DNA of 64,000 bases from Octopus sinensis (Eukaryota). Both the position numbers and the translations under genes were made by a program. Below, one piece after another: positions 1 through 12,692 of the stretch. The notes below the pieces were generated by a model. It saw only the letters and a list, made by a program, of their open reading frames with translations. It was not told the DNA's origin and made no database searches. How positions within the stretch are numbered: position 1 is the first letter of the stretch; each line of letters begins with the position of its first letter. The stretch covers positions 5,890,001 through 5,954,000 of the forward strand of contig NC_043014.1 in the NCBI RefSeq assembly GCF_006345805.1, read 5' to 3'.

Positions 1-64
1 TATGGATTCTCGTTTATATGGATTCTCACAGAAAAGAATCAAAATACAAACTCTTCAATCTGGA

Positions 65-313
65 TCAGCCGGCGAGGGATCTGGGGATAGACCAGAAAAG
101 AGATGGGCAGATAGTACCCATCCGCTCAGATTGGTAACGCGTGTCAACTAAACCGGTAATCTTAATAACAATTGTTTCCTTCTGGAATGGCACTCGAAGA
201 CAGGTGCCTGGTTTCTCTACAACCACCAGACTCGCAGAATTACTGAGCAACAACAATATGTGGATGGTTTTATTGATTCGGTTTCTTTCTACAACACAGG
301 GTAAACCCGACAA
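65..313 (-). mobile_element. Degenerate C-terminal fragment of a non-LTR retrotransposon, restriction-like endonuclease (RLE) type
   Basis: Translation HILLLLSNSASLVVVE...VPFQKETIV...GTICPSLFWSIPRSLAG loosely follows the RLE pattern PDIVL.S.....lVELtVPwE...gw....vevG.rG. The catalytic residues are eroded. Confidence 0.35.
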
Positions 314-705
314 TTTCTTATTGCTTACACTAACATTAGATCTGAAATGAAAATATTTCTTACATACATTTTTCCAGATTATAGTCTAACATGTACACAA
401 AATTGCTTTTATTTATTGACGTGGTCCTGCATATAAACTCATATAAACATAGTTAATATCATAAGAGGGTCACATTTTCAAATACCTTTAGGCATGCAAC
501 TTAAAGTTGTGTATTTCATTGAGCAGATTATGTAAGTAATGAAAAACGAATGGAACCGCAAAAAAATTGGAAGCCAATAGGTGAGAAGACACATTTAAAT
601 GAATTTAGCTAAAAGAGATTGAAAAAGAATATTTTATAATATTTAATCCGGTCCCGGACATTTCTTTTACGTTTTTGTCTTGCACGATATAAAATTAGTT
701 CTTAC

Positions 706-757
706 TTGGCGTGGGAACAGCTTTGTGATCCAGAGATTTCTTGAAAAGGAAACGGTT
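706..757 (-). CDS. Paralog D, coding exon 2 ([17 protein letters not shown] + 1 nt)
   Basis: Acceptor ttttttttacag, 52-nt exon, donor GTAAGA. Phase 0 in and phase 1 out, like the homologous 46-nt exons at 31842-31887 and 50461-50506. Confidence 0.85.
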
Positions 758-2164
758 CTGTAAAAAAAATAGAAATAACATCATAGAAATAGATTTTCAG
801 AAAATTCATCAATGTTTAGAATTTAAAGCTAAGCAATACAATAATGGCACTTTTGGACAGCTTCTTTTGAAGATGTGGGAGACAACTTCATGGTTAATTC
901 CACCAAATATTCATCGTTGTGTTACATCCTGGTGGCTTACCGCTTTCTTGTTTCCTCTGTGCATCGGGTACTCCTTTATTTCATGCTTTTAGATGGCAAA
1001 AGCAAACCCATCACAATGAGAGTTAATTAAGCCTAACGAATGAAAACACGCTCGGAGAATGTTGCAAATGCATTTAGAAAAACGAATCTTCCAGTTTGTA
1101 AATCTACAAACAGGTGGGTAGATATCCCAGAACCAATTCATTTCGCTTTCTACGTAACATATTTTCAAAAATATATTTACCTTTCTGTGTACCTTTCTTC
1201 AGTCGAAGGTCCCGAGACTTCCAAAATCAACAATGGCGAACAATCATAAATGAAAATTTCTTAATGTATTTGCACCATTCTTCGTGCGTGTTTACATATA
1301 TTGAGAGATACGTGGTTTTGGAATTTCATTCTTCTTTCAATCAAATAGTTACTTACTAACGCTGACTTTTTATATATATTTTTCATATTTCGATTATGTT
1401 CGTTGGCCATTTTATCATTATTTTTTAAAGATAATGATAACTTATTTGAATATAGAATTTATACTTGCTCGCAAATGTTCGTTCGGATGTGACGGTGCCT
1501 TCAGCTGAACAAACGAGCACGGAAAGTTAAATACATTTTAAAAAATAGTTTACGTAGTAACACTTGCTGATGAGCTTCAGGTGCCAATTCGACACAGAAA
1601 GCGAAATCAATTAATACTGGGATATCTACCCTTCTACTTGTAGATTTACAAACTGGAACAACCGTTTTTCCAAATGTATTTGCTACATTCTTCGTGCATG
1701 TTGACGTATAGTTAGAGATACATGGTTTTGGAGACTTTTATTTTTCTTTCAATGGAAAAGATATTTATTTTCACTGAAAAAGATCTCCGCGGAATTCAGC
1801 GGTCCAACAATCCGATATATATGCGTTTGTGTGTATCTTTCCGCATGTGAATGCGTGTTTGTTCGTTTATGTAAGTCTGCCTTATAGAGAAAGATGCATA
1901 TATTTATATACGTTAAAATATTTAAACGTGGTTTAGTGCATCGGGTTTTAATATATCGACAACTGATCGAATGGTACATTTCTGGACCTGTTCATTAATT
2001 TGATGGAGGGAGCTTTAGAATCAAATCATCCCAGTAATGCTTCAGCAATTAAGCACGAAAACTTCATCCGAAGAAACAGACCATAGTGTATGTATCTATA
2101 TTTCTGTGCGTTTCTGTGTGTGTATGCGTGTGTCATTGTAAATGTGTGTCTATATGGATACATC

Positions 2165-2195
<31 letters not shown>

Positions 2196-2395
2196 ATATG
2201 TATGTATGTATGTATGTATATATGTATGTATGTATGTATGTATGGATGGATGGATGGATGGATGGATGGATGGATGGATGGATGGATGGATGTATATGTG
2301 TATGTACGTATGTATGGTGCATCATCATGGACGCAGTTCTGAGTTGAATCTAGAGAGGAAAAATACATCCAGAAATAAATACACACACACATATA

Positions 2396-2435
<40 letters not shown>

Positions 2436-3091
2436 TGTGTGTGTTGTGTTGTGTGTGTGTGGACGCACATTCGAATATACACATGAAGCGATACATTCAT
2501 ACATGTCCCTTTATGTATGCACACGAAAGCGGCAGACGTACATATATAAGGCCTTTTTATGTAAAATATTTCAGCAAGAAATGTCAATCTCTATCTTACA
2601 ACATGGAACACAATTCATTATTGACTTGTTAACTAACTTACATTTTTGCAATCCTATGTCTTTGCTACGTATAGTAATTGACAAATTCATTGCTTTCTAT
2701 TTTGCAACACTATCTATCGCACAACCTTTCTGGGGGCTTTTATAATTGTCATCTACAATACTGAATATTTCAAGATAATGATCAAATTCCGCGTAGTCGC
2801 GCCTTGATTTTATCCTTTCAAGGTCCATGAATTCAGAACCTGTTCATCACTGGCCTGTAAGGAATCGAACTACAACTTCCTGACATTTATGACCACGAGA
2901 CAGAATTTCGAAGCAAAATATATAACGTGAATGCAACTATCAAACAATCTGCCTATGTATGTACGTATGTATGTATGTATGCATGTATGTATGTATGTAT
3001 GTATGTATGTATGTATGTATGTATGCATCTATCAATATATCTATCTTTCTATCAAACCCTCAGTCAGTCTGTCTACCTATCTACACATAGG

Positions 3092-3127
<36 letters not shown>

Positions 3128-5507
3128 CACAAACTTATTAATACTTTCAAATACTACAAAGCTTAGGCTATTATACCCCATGCAATTTCCTCCCACCCGG
3201 TGCTACCTGTCGGCTCCAACGCATCCCGTTTTCCTATATATATCTTTTTTCCTACTTTTTCCTATATATACACATTTTGTCTCCCATATATGTTTTTTTC
3301 CCTATATATTTCTTCTCCTACACCTACATTCCTCCCATCTAGATTTTTTGTTTCCCTATATCTATACCTTTTCCCATTTCTAACTCTGATGTTGAGCGCA
3401 CACCACCAAACCCCGCTTCCCACCCTTCCAATTTTCAGTTCCCCCCGCCCGCCCCTACGTGGTCACCTTTAGCACACACCTTTAACTTTACACTTTCAAC
3501 CACCTTTTATTTTTACCTTCATAATGTTAAGCTTTACCCGATTATATTTTTATTTTATTTTATCCTATTTTATTTTGCTTTACCTTTATCCTTATTTTTA
3601 TTTTCATTCTTTATTTCAATTTTTATAGTTTTTATAATCTTTATATTTTATTACTTATTTCTAATTTTTATATTTTATTTCTTATTTTTATTTCTAATTC
3701 TTATTCTTACCCTCATTCTTACTCCTATTTTTACCCCTATTTTATCACTTTATATCTCTATATATGTCTATTATTAGTTTTTTCCTTATTTACTTATCTA
3801 TGTATCCGCTTTATGATTATACGTGGGTCCGTGCACGTATGTATATGTATACATGTGTATACGTATGTATGAGTAAATATCTGTGTCTAGATGTGCACAC
3901 CCCCGATGCACTTCTTTAATAACTTTTTTACATGCTTTCGTAGATTTTTTTTTTTTATATATCTCATAGCTATACCTATATGTGCGTGTGTCTGTGTATG
4001 TGTATGTAAGTGTAGGTGCAAACGCACGTATGACACACAGATGTGGGTGCGTGTGCGTGTAGACGTGAGTGCGTGGGTCTGTTCTTTTACATGCCTTTGT
4101 AGATTTCTTATATACATTTGTTATACATCTTTTAATATCTTATATCTATACCTGTATGTGTGAGCTTCTGTGTATGTGTATATAAGGGTATGCGCACACG
4201 CACGTATAGACACACAGATGTGTGTGTGTGTGAGTGTGGATACGTGCGCGTGGGTCCGTGTGTATGTGTGTATGCGTGTATGTATGCACACGTGGGTGTG
4301 CATGTATGCACACATATATATATGCGCGTGTGCGGGTATGGGTGTGTGTATATGTGTGTGTATGTATATGTGTATATATGTATATGTATACATGTGCATA
4401 TATATGTATGCATATGTGTATATGTATATGTATGCGCGCATGTGTGTGCGTGTGTATATATGTATATGTACATGTATTTTGTCCGTGTGTATATATATAG
4501 ATATTCTGCTGTGTGTGTATGTGTATATATGCGCATGTGTGTGTGTGTATGCGTGTATCTGTGTATGTTTACACATGAGTACGTATGTATGCTTATATGC
4601 TTGTAGCTGGGTATGCGTGCGTATATGTGCGCGTGTATATGGGTGTATGTATCCATGCGGGTACGTATGTACAAGATGACCACTTAATACGTTACGAAGA
4701 ACTAGATAAGCTGCTCAACAACTCTGATTTACAATACACTAAGTCCCAAGACGCCCCTGTTGATTTATGACACCCAAGACTTCTACAACCAGAATTTGTC
4801 ATTTTCCTGACCACCATGTTTGGTCCGTAACTACTATATATCCCTTATCCTTATATTCGTTTGCAACTTTTTTTATTATTTTTATTTCTATTTTTATTTC
4901 TATTTTTATTTTTATAACTTTATACCTTTATATTCATTTATATTTTTTTATATTTTTTATATCTTTTTATATCTCTTTATATCTTTATACTCTACATTTT
5001 TATATTTTTCTATACTTACACTTTTTATATTTTTTTTTTTATCCTTCGTCCTGAATCCTCGCCCCTCCATCTTTATCTCTATTCACTCTTATTACCAGGT
5101 TCCTTCACGTCTGTCTGCATTTATATATTTATATATGTATATATTTATTTATTAATTTATTTACATTACTTCAACATCCAAACTTCCTCATTCTACATTG
5201 AGAGAAGAACGAGATGGACGCTTCATTTCTATGCTGTTGCCGCATTATGTCGTACGCGAATGGGAGGATTTGCATCCCCAACCAAGAATTTTTGATGTAA
5301 CACATGCCCTTGTGGAAGTTGTTGTGCGCGGCTGAGGAAGGCCACAGACATACATTATGCATTGTTATAAATCCGTCTAATAAAGGCCCGAAACATATGT
5401 ACCGCTGAATCCTTGGCATCATGTTTTTATTTTGATTAATCTACTCCACCACCTACACCACCAAACGGTATATACAGGTGCTTACAATTATCAAGTACTC
5501 ACCCCGA

Positions 5508-5569
<62 letters not shown>

Positions 5570-5681
5570 TTATATTTATCGATAGTTCTAACTATCTATC
5601 TCTCTAAACAGTACAAAGCATTGATCATAAATAGTCAGTAGATATATATACGAGACATAATTTATTGTATACATATGTATG

Positions 5682-5733
<52 letters not shown>

Positions 5734-5908
5734 CACCACACACACACACACATATATATATATGATATATATAGTATGTATGTATGGATGTATGTATGTA
5801 TGTATGTATGTATGTATGTATTGTATATATATACATATGTATACAATATGTATACACTATATTATATATATAGATAATATATATTATATATATAATATAT
5901 ATATATAG

Positions 5909-5947
<39 letters not shown>

Positions 5948-6152
5948 TGTAGGTCCCCGGGTGATCCGGTTAACCACAGTAAGTAAGGTACTCAATACAT
6001 AGCAGAGTAAAATTAATTTATTAATTATTATATAGAAGAGCTTTACAGGAAAAGTACTGTTTCATTCAAGAGAATCTTCAGGAAGCTTCCTGAAGATTTC
6101 TCTTGAATGAAACAGTACTAGTCCTGTAGAAGCTCTTCTATATAATAAATTA

Positions 6153-6185
<33 letters not shown>

Positions 6186-6552
6186 ATAATATGACACGAC
6201 TACTTTACCTCAACCGGTCCAGCTCTTTTAATAAAATAGCCACAACATTTAAAGCGAAAACAGATGCCATAAATTCAAGGGTCTCAGGAAAATTTCTCCC
6301 AAATTTCTCCCATAATTTTCTATATGGGCGAAAACGTCTAAGAATTATGTGTTCTACATGTTATAGTTACACACATATAATTCCTAGCTCTCGTTCAGTC
6401 GGTCAGGGTTCGATTACCAGGAATAGGAACAATTTTTTAGGCGAGCCTTGCTGCAAGGTAGAATCTTCTGTAGAAATGGAACCCTTCTACTTTAGGACGC
6501 AGACCAACCATGTAATCTGAGATAGATTTGGTAAATAGAAGTGAAATGATGC

Positions 6553-6645
<93 letters not shown>

Positions 6646-9600
6646 CTTTTTATTGTAGCCACACAGGGCTAAAACAGAATAAAAATGGACGAAATACAAT
6701 GTAGAAATTTTTTCTTTTCGAGGTGGGATGGGTGGGGCAAAAAAAAAAAAAAAAAACGTTTGATCAATAGGGATCTGTGGGTTGTGTGGTGTATAAAAAA
6801 GCACTATATATATATATATAAGGTTCACAGTTTAGGTGTAGCTTGGAAAGAAAAAACCTACAAAAAAGACCAAGGTCACCTCAGACAGTTCGAAAAAGAA
6901 CACATGAGTAAGTCGCCTTACTTCTCGTTGTCTCTTTTGGTTACAGATTTATGCTTAAAATAGTGTCGTCTTTCATACTGACCATTTTTGCCACTTTTAC
7001 CCACTTTTTATTAAAACATTCGTTCGACAAAGCCTTCCTCTCTATTCTCATCCTCCTTTTCAAGTGGTACTTGAAAAAGTTGACGAGAGACTGACCAGAG
7101 AGGAAGGTGTTTGTTTGCAGTCCTTTCAAACGCGTCCACCACACATTCTTTCGCCATAGCCATCAGCGTAACGAAAACCGTTTTCCCTTCCCGTTTAAAG
7201 GAAGGTGGTGGAACAATATTCACGATAGACTCGGCCGATAGGCGAGCCTGACCTACACGTGACAACAGCTGTTCGACGAAGGACCACAGCTCTGAAATAT
7301 CTGGACACTGCACGAGTGCGTGCAGAACGGTTTCGTCGCTCGACCGCATCTCGGGCAGGTCGGTCCGGTGATGGTTTTCGAACCGTGTCTGTAGCTTCTC
7401 TCGAACAGGTAGTGCGTCTCGATAGCACTGCCAAGCCAGGGATTTCTGGAAGTTATCCATAGGCCCCGGCCCGAACGTCGTCCTGAACAGGCGGGTTAGG
7501 AATTCCTCGTCGACGCCCAGGTTTGCCCCGAGTGTGTCGTCGGACCTCCCCTCCACTAGTCCTCTATAGAACGCTTTAGTCGTTTGGAAGTTGCACAAGT
7601 TTGACCCCGGTCGGCAGAGCTGCTGTAGAGCTTGGCGACACTCTCGGTGCCAATCGCCCAGTTTCGGTCTCTTTTTGATCCACGTTTGCAGTTCGGTCAG
7701 TGAGACGAGCTGCGGGAAGTCGCGCCTCACAAACGGCGCCCACACCTGTTCACCGTCGTCGATGAATTTCCAGAGATGTCGCAGTCTCAGCGCATGCCTG
7801 CGCATCATCAACCACGGCATGCCCAGTCCTCCATTCAACGGATGTTGACAGCAAATGGACTTCCTCACCATCGGAACGCCACCCTTCCACAGGAAGCGGA
7901 AGAGTATGCGTTCCAGTTTGGTGATGGTGGCGTCGGGACAAGGTACGACGGTCAGGCGGTAATCGATGACGGATGCGATGTACGCGTTCGCCACCTCCGC
8001 CCGGCCTTTTAGAGACAGCTTTCTCTCGGCCCATGTTGGCTGAGAGCGACCACTCTACTCGTGATCTCGTCCCAGTTCTTATCCATTTGGAGGTCCGGAC
8101 TGAACCAGACCCCGAGCAATTTAACCGGTCCGTCCGTCCAGCGTCCCACTACTGAGCCGCAGTCGGACGGCATGGGCTTGCTTCTCCAGGTGCCGAGTAG
8201 CAAACCACTGACTTTTCCGGGTTAATCTTTGCTCCCGTCACCGTTTCGTATTTTCTTAGTGTCTCGCCGACCAGCTCGATGTGCTGGTAGCTCGACACTA
8301 TGACGGTGACATCGTCCGCATATGCCGACACGCTCGTCCCGCAACCCAGTTCCCGTGGGATGCCCCTCAGTGTCGCCAGCTTCCGCAGTAGCGGCTCGAG
8401 AGTCAATACATACAGAAGCGCCGACAGGGGACACCCCTGACGGACCGAACGCGTGATGTCAAACGGTTTCGACAGGTGACCGTTCACCCGAATCACCGAT
8501 CGGATGCCGCTATACAAGGCAGCGATCCAACCGCGGAAGACGGGACCGAAGCCAGCCGCCCTGAGGACGGCCGCCAAGTACCGATGGTCGACCCTATCGA
8601 AGGCTTTAGACTGATCCAAATTATCAGCGCCCCACCCATGCCAGGATCCTTAACTACCCTGTCCACAATGTAGCGCATCAGATGGAGGTTGTCATGTATG
8701 GTTCTGCCCGGCACGGCGCATGTTTGCGCCCTGTCGACCAGTTTACCAATGACAAGCGCCAACCTCTCGGCTATTACTTTGGCCAAAATTTTCAAATCTG
8801 CGTTGAGCAGAGTGATGGGCCTGAAATTCTATAAAATTCCCCTTGTTTGAGTCTTTCTTCAGCAACGTCACTGCACCTCGGCTCACGAAACCGGGGATTC
8901 TCCCGTTTTGTTGCCAGTTGCAGTAGACTGATGCCAAGAGGTCGCCAAACAAGTCTGGCATTCGACAATACAGCTCGTAGGGTAAACCATCCAATCCAGG
9001 CGACTTATCCCTCGCGCAGCCCGCCATCGCATCCCACACGTCAGCGGCTGTGATGGGACTTTCACAACACTCCGCTTCTTGCCGAGAGCCGCGGCAGGTC
9101 GGTCAGGTAGGCACTGAAATCCATCCCTCGTTCCGACCCACCACTCGCACCAAACAGTCGAGCAAAGTGCTGTTGAAAGGCCTCACACATCCTTTCGGGT
9201 TCGAGTAAACTGCATCCCTGTTGATCTATTAGAGACCGAATGGTTGATCTGTTGCCACGCTGCGCCTCCGCTACCCGGGCCTCTCGCGCAGCTTCAATCC
9301 CTTCGTTCCTTAAGGCACGCATTTTAGCTCTGACGACGCAACCTTCGTGCTTGGCGTTGAGGTGTTGGTCGAGGGCCATCCTCGCAGCAGCACGTTGGTT
9401 GCGCTGCCAGTGGTAAGTGCCTCTTCTAGTTTCTTAACTAAGTCTCCCTCTACTCTATTTCGTTCTATCGCTAATTCCTTGCTAAACCTAATTGATTCCG
9501 ATTTTATTGCCATTTTCAGGGCGTACCACCAGCGGTTGTTAACGACCGCTCCCGTCAGCGCCCTCTTAATTAACTCGCTAATCCGGTTCCTGTAAACCTG

Positions 9601-12532
9601 TCGCGCTAACAGCGACGTGTTCAGTTTCCAGTAACCGGGACCCTGCCTATGTGTTTTATCTAAGTCGAGCGTACACGTAACAAATTTGTGATCTGTGTAG
9701 CTGACTATTTTAAATTGTGGACATCCTACACTATCCCTATCCGCTGTCCTGCATAGAATTCTATCTAGATAAGATCTCGACGATCCGACGCGGTTTGTCC
9801 AAGTCCACGTTGGCACGTTCGGATGGTCGAGTCGGAACCTGTCAGACAAATGGAAACGTCTTGAGCAGGTCTTTGAGGCTCTTACACCCCCTTCTATTCC
9901 TATCCCTTCCCACATAATCTAGATGCGTGTCCAAGGTAGCGTTCCAATCCCCTACTAACAGTAAAGGTCTAGACGTACCCAGGAAAACCTCTAGACGTCT
10001 GAAGAAATCCGCCCGACCCGTTAAGGACGGTGCATAAACTGCCATCAGACGGAATGCACACCCATTTCTGCCATCCACGTCCAAGACAACCAGCCTACCC
10101 TCCGGGTCTAGGAATATTGCTCTTACTTTTACCTTTAGACTCTTTCGAAAAAGCACCGCAGTACCTCCACCACCCATGTTCGGCAGACAGGGAGAAAAAT
10201 AAATGTCAAATTGATTGCCAAACATGGACTCGAGGGCCCGCGGCTTACTGAGTCTGGTTTCACTGATAGCTACTATATCCACGTCCAGTGACTTGATGTC
10301 GTTTAGAAGGTAACCTTGCTTCCAAGCCGACGCCAAGCCACGCGCATTCACACAACCTAATTTAAGCATACTTGACATTTACGAAAATTGTGTTTTACAC
10401 ACTATATTAGAAGAGACAAGAGGCAAGAAGTGAGGTCACTTACTCATTTTAAAAGTTTCATTTTTTCTTCTTCTTCTTTTGTATCGTTTTTGATGAGGTG
10501 TTTGTATAGTTTTTTCGACAGGTATCGTTGATACCCGCCTACCGCATTCGGAAATAATGTTTTCAGTATGTGGTGTTGTGCTTGTGTTATGTGTAAAATT
10601 CTGATGTGTTTCGGTGGTGTGGTGTGCGGATGATTTTTGTCTTAAAGTCATCTTCACAGACGACCATGTTAGATTTGATGTAGTCCATTAATTCTTTATT
10701 GTCTGTGTCTATTGCAGTTAGTTGTGTGTGTGGTTTTACGGGTTCATTACTTTTTTGATTGTCTAGGGGGATGTTGTCCTGAGAGTTAGATATCTCCCTG
10801 CTTTAATTCCTTGTTTGGTGGATTTTTTGGATCTTTTTCTTTTACCCCTGTGGCTATTTGCCATTCCGTCGAACTTTCGTCGTCCGAGGTATCAGTATGG
10901 GGTAGAGGAAAAAGAACAGGATCACTATGTATGCTTGTATAAATTGTTGATGTTTTGTGCGGTGTTTGTGTTGTTGTGGTGTTAGGGGTAGCATTTGTCT
11001 TCTCGTCAGTGTTTTCTGTCTTTTTAATTGTCGTCCTGGATGTGGGTGTGGGTCGATTTTTTGAAGATTCAACAAGTTTAATTGGTTGTGAAGTCAACGG
11101 TGATTGTGTTGGTACTGTTTTTCTTGGTGATGTTGTTGGGGTTTGTGTGCTGGTTTGTTGTTTTCTTGGCGTTGTTCCATAATTGAGTGTGTTGGTGTTA
11201 GTGTTGGCAACAAAGGGATTTTATTTGTTTTCTGAATTGTTCTTTCTTGTTTTTTCTGTACCAGATCGCACTTGGCAATCAAATGTTCGGGGCTGCCACA
11301 TTTGTAGCATCTAGGCTTTTTGCCTTCTGCCATAACATATAGGCATTGCCCATTCTCCAAGTATATCTTGTCGGGTAGGCTCTCGATAGAGGCCCCCTCA
11401 ATCTGGATGGTCACTACTACTGTTTTTCCACCCCAATTGTCGTTTAGGTACACGGCTGTTTCTAGAATATTGATCTTTTTCAAGTGGTAACAGATTGCCC
11501 CTGTTATCCATTTGTTCGGCATATCGGGGGGTACATTTCTGATAGTAATTCTACTCACCCCTGGTTTTTATAATAAGGGACCATGATGATTTCATCATTT
11601 CCCAGAGACTCAGTAGAGTGAGCTTTTGCCACTTCCTGGTTAGGGAAGCGGACCACTACTGTGTTAAACTGGGGACCCCAGTTTATATACTCTTTTTCTT
11701 CATTATGTTTTTTAAACATTTCTCCACATCAGTTTTGTGTAATCTGTTCATTTGGTTTTTGTTTTTTCTAATAATTTTATATACAATTGTCTTATTTCTA
11801 TTTCTTGTTTTATATGTTGAGGTGTATGCAGGACTAAATCTTGTCCACGGGTTGTAAAGAGAGCTCTTGTTTCTATGAGCTCTTCATTTGTGAATGTAAC
11901 AATCCTTTTTCTGGCGAAGAATATCTGCGAAATTTACTGTTGTTGACTTTTTTGTATTAGCATCTTCACTATTAGATAGTTCATTTTTATTGTTGTTCTT
12001 GTTGTTGCTGTTGTTTTTGTCAATAGTTTTCGTTTCAGTTTTATTTTTATCATTTATGTTGGTCGTGGTAGTGGTGGTGGTGGTGGTGGTGGAGGTGGTG
12101 GTGGTGGAGGTGGTGGTGGTAGCAGTTGTTGTCTCGTGGTTGCTGTTGTTAGTGGTGGTGGTGGCGGTGGTGACAGGGCTGTTAACGCACGTGGTTGCAG
12201 CGTTCATTTCACCGAATTTTACGTTGGCATTTTCCGTGCGAACGTTCTTTTTTTCTCTGTCGTTTCCAGACTAGGAAAATGTTGTTCATAAAAAGAACGC
12301 GACCAGCGTTCAACAATAAAATTTCTAGACATTTTCTAATGTCGAGAAGAAAATAACAGAAATGAAATGGGGTCGAAACTGCCCCTAGGGGCGAATTCCT
12401 CCCTTGGAAAAGCACTCAAATGAAAGTTGGTTGCCTTACACACCTTATTTGCAAAAATCTACACAAAAATTGGCCTATAAATAGTCAAAATAAATGATTA
12501 CCTTCGGAGCTGAAACGACATCACATCCGTCA

Positions 12533-12614
<82 letters not shown>

Positions 12615-12632
12615 TGATATATAGATAGATAG

Positions 12633-12692
<60 letters not shown>

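Larger units (their letters stand above)
6645..12531 (-). mobile_element. Tx1-like (L1 clade) non-LTR retrotransposon copy 1, apparently full length, with frameshifts
   Basis: 5' UTR of ~320 nt. ORF1 has a CCHC knuckle ([14 protein letters not shown]). ORF2 has an APE endonuclease (ETRL, GDWNA, SYLDRI, TDH), RT (QGCPLS, YADD) and a C-terminal zinc-finger region. AATAAA lies at 6649-6654, directly before the (TATC)n tract. Confidence 0.93.
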
